DNA of 63,544 bases, the filler included, from Folioceros fuciformis (lineage: Eukaryota): the NCBI GenBank assembly GCA_049999805.1. It is 7 parts of 7 records of this genome, joined end to end, with 100 filler letters (N's around TTAATTAATTAA, not from the genome) between each part and the next. Parts side by side here need not be neighbours in the genome. Positions count along the whole stretch, not along the records: positions 5,406 to 19,286 come from JBNGIO010005455.1; positions 19,387 to 24,284 come from JBNGIO010005456.1; 5 more parts are not named here. One strand, given 5' to 3'. This document shows positions 11,137 to 20,798 of this stretch, piece after piece; positions within the stretch are counted from its first letter, which is position 1, and the number at the start of each line of letters is the position of its first letter. The notes under the pieces were generated by a model. The model ran no database searches, was not told the origin of the DNA, and was given only the letters and a program-made list of their open reading frames with translations. The translations under genes and the position numbers were made by a program.

Positions 11137-12149
11137 TCATGTGATCAGTGTTGCCCTCCCATCTGATCCTTCCAGTGACAATACTCCATTCCTGCGCACC
11201 TCTCGCACCCGTAACACGTCTGCTGTGCTAGTTTCCAATATATCCTGTGTTTGCCGTTGCAGGTAAACGTAGTCCCATGACTGAAATTTCCTAACCTTGG
11301 GGTGGAAGCTCCCACTTCTAATGTGAGCGTACCTGAGCGTATCACGATGTTGGGCTATCCTGAGGTTGGCCATGGCCATTGGCATCACCTGTCTAAATAA
11401 GGCTGCACGCTCCCAATGGCCTTGGCCCATGCCGCTGGGTCATCCAAGCTCAGTACCTCCTACATCTGTCAAGCAATGGCCATAGGTGGTACTAGCTCTC
11501 TCCCAAATAGAAGGAAGTAAGGTGAGAAGTTGGCCAATGATGCATGCCTGCTCATTTTGTAGCCCATGGCGATATTTGGCAAAGCCAAGTCCCAATCTGT
11601 CTTAGGCTTGGTCAGGCACAGCTTCCTCAATGCCTGTTTGATAGTTTGCACCATCCTTTCGGCCAATCCATCTGCCTGGGGGTGATCACGACTGGTGCGA
11701 CGGTGATCAATGAGCGCAGCATCCAACAAGTCCTAGAACTCGCCCCTGAATTCAGCACCCTGGTCAGTCAAACATTCGGCGCTGCTCCCAAATCGGCTAA
11801 GCACATTATGTAAGAATGCTTGAGCTGTGCTGCGTGATGCCTTGTCTGGTAGCGCCACCAACTCCACCCACTTGGAAAAATGTTCAATCATGACCATGAT
11901 ATAAGCATTTCCACGCAGTGTGCACGGGAATTCCCTAGCCAAGTCACAGGACCACCTGAAAAACAGTCCCATGATGGGCAATGGCTGTAACTCTGAGTGA
12001 GGGTTGCTGAATGAAGCCTTGACTCTATCACATTGGGCACACTTGGCCACTTCCTCGCGCACCTGTGTGAGCATGTCATGCCAGTGAAAGTGAGGAAGAA
12101 GCAAGCTGTAGGTGCGCTTCACACCAAAGTGACCTAAGTCCTCATGCAC
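11137..12149 (-). pseudogene. Gypsy integrase (HHCC and DDE core, interrupted)
   Basis: ORFs 11733-12149, 11469-11729 and 11137-11430 carry the HHCC zinc motif, WSCDL, TDQGAEF, GLAERMVQTIK and SPYFLLFGR. Confidence 0.92.
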
Positions 12150-12320
12150 CTTGTGAATCAGCCCTGCACGCTCCTATGGTGGTGGCACCAATTGCTCAGT
12201 CCCATTGTTCAGTCTTCTCAGCAAAAAACAATCCCTCCACTCATAGCGGGCTGCTCTCTGCTGCACCTTCTCTTGTTGGTGTGCATCCAGACTAGCATCC
12301 ATGTGTCCAGTCTTCACATA

Positions 12321-13897
12321 CTATAGCGTGGCTTTGTCACTCCACACATCCTTGTGTGGTTGGAAGCGACTGCTGGTGCAACCTTGTACCACGCATAGCA
12401 TAGTCAACAAGGCTGCAGCATTAGGTACCTCCTCCATGTCATTGTCCTGATGAGCATCAGTGTTGTCCTCACTACTCTGCCCAGAATGGCAGGACAGTAC
12501 ATCTGCATTCTGGTGCTTGGTTCTAGGCCTGTGGACCACCTCAAACTCATAATCTTGAAGTATGATGGCCCACCTTGCAAGCTTTCCGCTAAGCTTGGTG
12601 TTGGACATTAGCCACTTCAAAGGCTGATGATCTGTCACCAGTGTAAACTTTCGCCCATACAAGTAGGGTCGAAAATGACAAATTGCCCACACGGCTGCAA
12701 GCAACTCTCCTTCATAGATGGAGAAGTTTGCTTCTGCCCTGTTGTTACTTCTTGAGGCATAGGCAATGACCCTCTGTTGACCTTCAGCATCCACTTGTAC
12801 TAGCACAGCTCCCAGCCCCAAAGTATTCCAGTCTGTATGGAGAACAAATGGTTTGGCAAAATCAGGCTAGGCCATAACTGGCATCTACATTAGTTTGCTT
12901 TTCAAGCTTTCAAATGCAGCTTGACAGTTGTCTCTCCAATCCCACGCTGTCTCCTTGCGCAACAGGTCATTTAGAGGTTTAGCAATGCTGCTAAAGGTCT
13001 GTACATAGACCTGTAGTAGTTGCACAACCCTAAGAACGCCCTGAGAGTGGACACATTGGTCGAAGCCTGAATCTGCTGGATTGCCTAAACCTTGGCAGCA
13101 TGTGGTGTTATGCTATCTGGTAGGATCCTGTGCCCTAGATAGGCCACTATATCCATGGCGAATTCGCACTTGGCTGGGTGGCACGTGAGCTGAGCCTTTC
13201 GCAGTCTTTGAAACAAGTCCTCCAGATGGGTTAGATGAGTGTCAAAGTCCACGCTGTGGACTAGCACATCATCTATGTAGCACAGCAAGTGAGGGGCCCC
13301 TGCCAATACCTTGTCCATGACCCTTTGGAAGGTCATTGGTGCATTCTTGAACCCAAAAGGCATGACCAGCCACTCCCACAGCTGGTGGGCTCCATGAAAT
13401 GCTGTCTTGGGTATATCCTCCTCTGCCACCGGCACTTGGTTGAAACCTTGTCGCAAATCCAACATGGAGAAGAATTTGGACTGTCCGATGTTGTCGAACA
13501 GCTCTTCCGGTGTAGGCATGGGATACCTATCAAGTGCTGTTGCTGCATTGATGGGACGATAGTCCCCACACATCCTCTTTTCAGTCCAAAAGCCTTGGCT
13601 GTCCTTCTGTTCTTTTGGTGGAAGAACAGTAGCGGCTGCGTAATCAGAGTTGGAAGGTCTGATCAATCCAGCCCGATACAGGTCTTGGCAGCATGCTTCC
13701 ACAATTTCCCATTCATATTGGCTCAACCTGTACCTGCGCTTGTAGATCGGTTCAGTGGTGTTGAGGTTGATCCTGAACTTCATGACGTTGCACCTCTTCA
13801 AATCCTTCATGCTGAAGGCAAAACAGTCCGAGTATTGCGAAAGCAGGGCATGAATCCGCTGTTTCTGCCTTGAGTCTAGCTGGGACCCATAATCCAA
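12321..13897 (-). pseudogene. Gypsy reverse transcriptase and RNase H (stop and frameshift between them)
   Basis: YIDD RT motif in ORF 13085-13897; RNase H motifs IAYASR, EGELLAAVWA and LVTDHQPLKWL in ORF 12321-12821. Confidence 0.95.
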
Positions 13898-14124
13898 TCA
13901 AAGGCCTCTGCAGTGGGTGGAGGTTTGACGAGTGCTGACAATCCTGATCCTGAATCCAGCTCCGACACAACAAAAACAAGTTTGGGAGACTTGTGCTCCC
14001 CCCCCCTTGCGTCGAGCTAATAGGACAAGTAACAAAATCCTGGGAAAGGTAGATGAACTGCATCCGGGTGACAAGACAGGGTCTGGATGTGGGAACCCTG
14101 ATCTTGAGGTCTAGTGAACACTTG

Positions 14125-15090
14125 GAAAGCCAAACAAAGGCTAAGTAGACACGTCAAAGCACTCACATCCATAGCACGGCCAAGTGCTGCAAATCTCTGT
14201 GCCCTGGAGGTTTGAGGTGTTGCTGTACGGTGAGTGTGAAACCCCATTATCTGTTCCCTCTCCTCCACTGTGGGCTCCTCCCTCACCTTTGTATCCTCAT
14301 TAAAGAGCATGCTAGGTCCGTTATTCCTGTATACATATGAGCCAGGATAACTGACCACTATAGGCAAAGTCTTCCTTGGTTGACCTGGTGTGTTGGTAGG
14401 AAACCATGGAGCCCTCTCCTTGGCTGTGATTGGCTTGGGCGTGTGATTGTTGTCCAGCACGTCTTGGAGGAGTTGAGTGGGGTCCCGCTGTTGCTGCTGT
14501 AAGGCCAAGTTCAAAACAGGCAATGGGGCAAGATTTGTCCAGTAATTCCTAAGTCTGTGAGCATAGCTGCCCACCTGGGCAGCATCCATGGTGAACGGCG
14601 TGCCAATGACCTGCTAGATGACACCCATGTCTTGTCGTAACCATGGGCGAGTGTCCAGTTGAGCTGGTGTGTTTTCCAGTAAGTAAGCCACTGGTGGGTG
14701 CTGATCTTGGAGCCATCGCAGCACTTGCACCAGATCCCTAAATAAGCCTGAACGATTGTTGTGCAGCCTTGCTCCTTTCCCAGCTTGGAATAGACCCTGG
14801 CACTCCCATCCTGCAATTAGCAGATCCACAGTCCCAATAGCCTGGACGTGTGCTTGCTGGATATACCGGATGTTTTGTGGAAGAGCACTACACATGCTCG
14901 TGCTGGCCTGCCGGGAAAATTGCTGAGGGTACTGCTGCTGTAGCAAGTGCACTCTATAGGCTGCAATGTGCCTAATAGCTGGGCAGGCATCACAGTAGAT
15001 GTATTTGGAAACAGTGATGCCACACTTGAGCACTGCCTCTAGACTAGTGCACAGGCCCCCAAATAGCTCCACCAAGGTAATCCATTGTAG
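14125..15090 (-). pseudogene. DNMT3-like C5-cytosine DNA methyltransferase domain embedded in the gypsy pol
   Basis: Motifs in canonical order: I LVELFGGLCTSLEAVLKCGI; IV DLLIAGWECQG (catalytic Cys codon at 14800-14802); V RSGLF; VI YLLENT; VIII DAAQVGSYAHRLRNYWTNL; IX EEREQIMGF; X QRFAALGRAMDV. Same frame as the protease ORF, broken only by single TAG codons at 15205-15207 and 14614-14616. Confidence 0.9.
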
Positions 15091-15204
15091 TGTAGCTTGC
15101 CACGTGATGACAGCTTGTTGGATAGGAGAAACATTTGTTGTCTCTCCTGTAGCTGGGTCAGTAAGAGCCTGCCGCAGTACTTGCATGACACGAGTGACAG
15201 TCTC

Positions 15205-16359
15205 CTAAGCTTGTTGTAGACGCCCCTCGCTAGCTGTGAAGACTCCAGATGGGACCTGGGAGTGCAGTTGCGCTCCTAGTGCATCTTCTTTAGGGGCGGG
15301 GACAAGAATGTCTTCGTCCTCCCCACACTCAGCTAGCCATACTTGAGTACGGTGGTCTGGTGGTAATGAGGGCATCGTCACATCCTCGCATGTCTGGATC
15401 TGCACTATGCAAGCTTGCCTTACCACCAGTGTGGCCTCGGCTGCTTGTGTGGTGCCATGCAAATCCAGTTGCAGGTAAGCAATGCGCTTTCCCCCTTGCT
15501 GCCAACCTGGCCTGTAAAAGGCCTGTTCTGTCCAGTTGTCAATAGAAACTCCCGGAGGGAACAAAAATTCCTGTCCCAACAAATTGTCATAATTGGTGGC
15601 TCCTATGACTAGGTAGCGCACCGTCAAGCTCACCTCATCCGCTGTGTTGGGCTTCAAAGTGATCTTGACCGATTGGGGTGTTTCACCTTTGACAGGCTCA
15701 ACCGCTCTTGATGCTGTGCGAATATTCCGAGGGGACGGCTGCAAAGCACTACCTTCCAGTCGCAGCCTGGCAGCTAGAACCTTTCCTATGATAACTGGTT
15801 GTGCTCCCATGTCCAACAACACTGGTCTAGGCACAAACCCATTCACCAGCACGTGGCTGCCACGGTTGTCCACCAGCACATTGCCAATTGTGGCTTGGTG
15901 CCGATTTGTGGGTTGTACGACTGGCAAACCCTGACTTTCACAAGCAGGTAGTGCAGCTTGCACCCTCTTGCTTGCAACAAGTGAATCCAGCCCCGACTAA
16001 TCAGAGCAAGACAGTGGGATCTCAGCCGGTGAAGGTTGCAACATGATACCCACAGTGTCTTCTTCAAGCCCCACATCTTGCAGGCTAAGTAAGGGTGCTT
16101 TGTGTACCCTCTTCAGTAGCTCCTTGTGCGTTAACACCATAGTCAATAATTGGACAGCTTGATCAGACTTAGGTGTTTCCGGCTTGTGGCGCTGGCTGGA
16201 AACTTGGTCAGCTCCTTGTTCCACTTGATCTCCCTTAGGCAAATGGTCTGCCCCTCTTACTGGTACGTTGGACCCTGGTGGAACCTGCTGGAATGACCTA
16301 GGCATTGCAGCCCTAGCACCCTGCTGCCGTGTAGTGACCCTAAACCCTAAACCCTTCAT
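15205..16359 (-). pseudogene. Gypsy aspartic protease region
   Basis: VLVNGFVPRPVLLDMGAQPVIIG...YDNLLGQEFL. ORFs 15997-16359 and 15205-15963 share one frame. Confidence 0.8.
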
Positions 16360-17947
16360 CAGGGTCAGCTGTTGTTTTGATAGTCACCAATTCCACCACA
16401 CTGGCAGACTTAGCAGCATTCAAGCTGGCTGCCAATGTGCTGACCTGAGTGGTCAACGCTGCCATGGCTGTCTCTAGGGCTGTCAATTTGTTAGCCTGGG
16501 CAGCCGTCTTCTACTGATCCTTGTCACGCTTGACTTGGCTCTTGCTGATGGGACTCCCTCCTGAAGCTGCTCCTGCTGAAGCACTTCCTGAACCACTCGC
16601 TCCTGCAACACTGTTAGGCTTAGTGGCAGCGGTAGTGGTAACACTGGAGCCTATCCCTGTCTTCCACGGTCGTCGCTCTGGATATTTTGAAAAACAAACC
16701 ACTTCAACGTGGTCAATTTTCTAGCAGTGGGTGCAACGTGAGGAGTCAGCAACCACCTTACATGCAGGCAAAAGATCGTCAGCACTGCCACACCTGTTAC
16801 AAAGTGTGCTGACAATAGCTGTTGCTCCGGCCTTGGTGGGCTTAGCCTCCCTGCTCTTGCTGGCAACGCCTTGGGTGATTGACAAACTGCCCTTCCCTGA
16901 AAACATCTGTTGGCAGTGGTGAAAGGCTTTTGAATGCTAAGAAGCATACACTGAGAAAGCTAGTTCCTTTCTCTCCACTTCTTGGTAGACCTGATCTAGC
17001 ATGTTGTTGTCACCATACTTGTCAACTAAGGTGGTAAATAGCTGATAGTGAAACAATGGATCAGTCTCCAAGGCAGCCAGAAACTTTTGAGCCGCCTCTT
17101 GGTCGGTCAGCATGCTCGTACCATCTCTTAGCTTCTGCAATCGTCTAAAGGCCATCTGGATAGTCTCACCCTTCTTGCGTGCAAAGGCTGCAAGCTCCGC
17201 AATCTTCTCCGGAGTCTTGGTTGGAAAGGCTCTGTCCAGGATCACAAAGAAATCCTCCAGGGGATTGTCGTGCTTGGGCACGTCCAACTTGTCCGGGATA
17301 TCAGTTGTAGCAGTGGCCATTTCTTGCTGAGTCATATTTACCATCGTAGGTGGTGGGATTGATGTGGCAATAGTGCCAGCTACAATCCCTGCTTGGTGAG
17401 TGGCCACCGCAGTGGCCAACAAATTGTTGTATGCCACTTGAAGGGTTGCCGTGTAAGCATGGTTGAGATTTCCTACCACTGCCAACATTTCCAATGCATG
17501 AATCTCAAACAGGTCCAGGGCTTCATCAGCTAGATACCCAGGAAGCTGTTCAAACATATACCTATGAGTATATGCAGCTTCATGCTTAAACTTAACGCGA
17601 CTGGTTAAAAAGCCATAGAACAACTTGAAATCCCTGAGGGTCTGCGTCCCTGGCCTGCTAGAAAACTTTTCATACTTGTGAACAGGTGCCCTCGATCCCT
17701 CCATGGTATCAGACTCCTCGAACTCCTTTTCCTCCGAACTGGTGTCACCACTGATAGTCTGAACAATGTTCAATAGAGGCAACCAGCTCACTCCTACCGC
17801 CCTAGCAGGTCCAAATACTTCCCCAATGCTACTCTGGTCTGTGACACACTGGCTAGGGTGTTGATCACTTGACTCCTCAGCTAGTATCTGTTCTGGTGAA
17901 CTAGGCTTGGCAGCCATTGACGACGTGCCCTCCGCCAAGGTACCCAA
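16340..17947 (-). pseudogene. Gypsy gag-like region with zinc knuckle
   Basis: ORFs 16937-17947, 16721-16906 and 16511-16702 are one frame split by stops. It contains FARKKGETIQMAFRRL (gag-like) and CTHC*KIDHVEVVC (CCHC knuckle). Confidence 0.7.
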
Positions 17948-19387
17948 GATCGCCGTGGAACGGTCCTACTCCTCAGATGGTAGGCTGGCTCATCGTCACT
18001 CCCATTAGATTGCAAATATAGTCCATGCAAAAACCAAACAAGGTCGGTGATTAGCAGCGATTTAAGAGAAATAGAAATGTAAGAGTGCACAGCAACCTGT
18101 GCCTACTGACCAAATCTGACTCTCTGCTAGACCATCATCAGGCCCACGCTGTTGACAGCCAAGTGTCCACTATCCTGAAGTCTCATTCACTCAGGGTCTA
18201 GACAAACCAATACTTACAGCTCAGTAATCAGCGTACCACCCTCAACCAGACATCCAGCAAGGTGAATATCCTGTCCTTCTCTTAGCTCACCAAAACTTTA
18301 GCACGGTGAGCCCACACCTTGATCCTAACAAAGGAGGGCGGGCATCTCTCTGTGCACACAGCGAGAACCATATATGATTATCGACAAAAACTCACAGCAC
18401 ACCCAATCAATGGCCACAAAGTTCAGGACAGTTGTTGGAAGTGGCTTCACATACAAAAACGTAATCACACAGCTTCACGACATTTTCCAGTGGTGTCCAG
18501 CCAGGGCAATTCTCTGCATCAACTGACTGACACTCACTGCTACCAATAGACGTTACTGCATATATCGGTGTCCCCACGAAAACTTCACAAGTGTTGATGC
18601 TAATCCCAGTGATGTCTCCCACCAACAACATCAGCAAAGCTCGTTCACGCCCTCAGAGCCTGTGGAGTGATTTCTTGCACCCAAGAACCTCCCAAGGGGC
18701 CACACATTCCCCTATTGTCGTTGCAGTCCTATGGTTCGCTCCCAAGGGAGTGAACTAGTGCCAAGGAACACTACCTATCACACTTCTACCTATCAGCCGG
18801 TCTATAGGTCTGTCCATACACTCACAACAAAAGGGCTAGAAGCCTAGCCTACCCCCTAAGTCAGCTCACCCAACTCACACTCCTGTTCTTCAGTCCTCCA
18901 GCTCTTCTTGATTCCCACTTCAGCCACTTCCTCCTTACTTCAGTCCTCCAAGATTCCCACTTCAGTCCCTTCCTTTTCACTTCAGTCCTTCACCCTCCAC
19001 TTCAACACACACTCCTACTCTTCAGGAGCTCACTCTTCACTTCTATGCATTCCACTCCAACTCTTCCTCTCTTTTCTTCAGCTCTTCCCCCCTGGAAATT
19101 AGGGCACAATGGCTTCACTTCTTGCAGCCTTCAAGCATAGTATGGATCTAGGACTAGATAGCCCTTCAGCTCACGGTCCTGTTCCTTCACTTCAGCCAAC
19201 CTGCGATTCATGTAGCCCTTGCGGATCCGGCCACACGGATCTTGACAGCCCCGGGATCCCCACGTTCCCCTAGTGGCAAGGGGAATNNNNNNNNNNNNNN
19301 NNNNNNNNNNNNNNNNNNNNNNNNNNNNNNTTAATTAATTAANNNNNNNNNNNNNNNNNNNNNNNNNNNNNNNNNNNNNNNNNNNNA

Positions 19388-19530
19388 GGTGGTGCCCAAG
19401 TGGCGCCCAGGTGGTGCCCAAGTGGCGCCCAGGTGGTGCCCAAGTGGCGCCCAGGTGGAGCCCGCATGGCGCCCAAGTTGCGCCCGCGTGGCGCCTGGGT
19501 GGTGCCCAAGTCGCGTCCGCGTGGCGCCCC
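19388..19530. repeat. GC-rich 22-bp (2x11) tandem repeat in a copia 5' leader
   Basis: AGGTGGTGCCCAAGTGGCGCCC repeats lie downstream (minus strand) of the PBS at 19575-19586. Confidence 0.85.
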
Positions 19531-19574
19531 TCCCCCTCCTAGATGGCCATCTTCATGGTCTTGCTCCACAACCT

Positions 19575-19940
19575 GCTCTGATACCACTTGTAGGATCACT
19601 GGAGGAGCATGGTGGAGGAGAGGAGAAGAGGAGGCAGAGAGGAGACGAGAAAAAGAGGTCACATTGAGAGTGGTTGGCAAGGGAGCTCAAGGAGGTATTT
19701 ATACCCTCTAGAAGAGCTCCCTAGGAAGCTTCACAAGAAGCTCACAGGAAGCTGCGCAAGAAGCTTCCTACAGATTAGCTTAAGCTAATCTAAACTAATG
19801 ATACTTAACTAGACACTAATCTTAGACTAAACACATTAGTCTAAGCACATTNNNNNNNNNNTAGTCTAAGCACATTAACTAGACACTAATCTTAGACTAA
19901 ACACATTAACCTAAGCACATTGGGCTTTAATAACCCTACA
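19575..19940 (-). mobile_element. 5' LTR (19589-19940) and tRNA-iMet PBS (19575-19586) of a family-A copia element
   Basis: TG..CA-bounded and homologous to the LTRs at 35885-36180 and 40389-40696. Followed on the minus strand by TGGTATCAGAGC. Confidence 0.9.
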
Positions 19941-20724
19941 CTAGTGACTTCATCAGTCCTGAAGTTTAGCGACCCAAACTACCAGTCATATCCCTAGTCT
20001 AAGCTGTTTTCTTCCACACTATTTACAGCCACACTTGCACGACTACCAAAGGAATCAGGCTCAGAGGAATCAAGGTCATGTTCGGAAGGAGTGGTGAAGC
20101 TCTCATCCGATCTTGGAGAGTTTCTCTTCCTACGCTCCATGTAAGAGATCCTCTCCTCAGTCTCAAGGCTGTGCTCTTCCTCCAGCCTTAATTCAGATCC
20201 TGCAGGGCAAGTGGGAGCTTAATAGGGAACTATGAGAAGAAAGCAACGGAGATGCTGGCACAAACAGTAGACCGGGCACACTCACTGTAAAAACTGACCA
20301 CATGGCGCTCAAACTCGCGGCAGTGTTCTATCCTCACTCGCACCATCTTCAGGTGGGTTTAAGGGCACTTATACCACAGAGGGGTAAAAGGAATAGCAAA
20401 AGAACCAAGGCTCACAATCTTGGTTTCCTCATCAGAGTGTGTTGGAACTGGAAATCTTATCAGCACAACAGGCCTATAGTCAGAATCAGCATACGCAAAC
20501 TCACTAGCTTTGAAGCGGAGCTTGTCACAGTGATCCGTTGAAAGAGACTTCTCTTTAGGGGTAGCTGTCTTGCAGGGAGCTCCCTTACACGCAGTGCCAA
20601 CCTTTGTCTTATAGGCTATAGCCTCTGACGAGCGCCGCTAATCAAGAAAAGCTTTGGTGGTGCCGCTTGGCCTCCCTCGCGAACGCCTTCCGCCTCTGCC
20701 ACCTTGAGCAGCAGGAGTAACCAT
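19941..20724 (-). pseudogene. Degenerate intron-containing gene with an N-terminal AT-hook, cut by the copia LTR
   Basis: The frame from ATG 20724 reads MVTPAAQGGRGGRRSRGRPSGTT...MVRVRIEHCREFERHVVSFY. A GTGAGT donor and CTGCAG acceptor lead in consistent phase to SELRLEEEHSLETEERISYMERRKRNSPRSDE. Four in-frame stops. Confidence 0.45.
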
Positions 20725-20798
20725 CTTTGCCGGTCCTTGCTGCTGAGAGGAGGCGGCTGTTTGAGTCGGTTTGTTCAAAAACTGCCCTAGCTTGTCAC

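Larger units (their letters stand above)
10922..17947 (-). mobile_element. Degenerate Ty3/gypsy LTR retrotransposon: gag - zinc knuckle - protease - C5 DNA methyltransferase - RT - RNase H - integrase - PHD
   Basis: Gypsy order PR-RT-RH-INT. PR: VLLDMGAQP. RT: RMCGDYRPIN, LDLRQGFNQ, MPFGFKNAP, YIDDVLV. RH: DWNTLGLGAVL, YEGELLA, TDHQPL. INT: HEDLGHFG..CAQC, TDQGAEF, HPQADGLAERMV. Several in-frame stops and frameshifts; no 5' LTR or PBS identified. Confidence 0.93.

Noticed and set aside
13289-13873. 194-aa plus-strand ORF and similar shadow ORFs over pol genes
   Set aside because: Antisense shadows of RT and integrase coding sequence.
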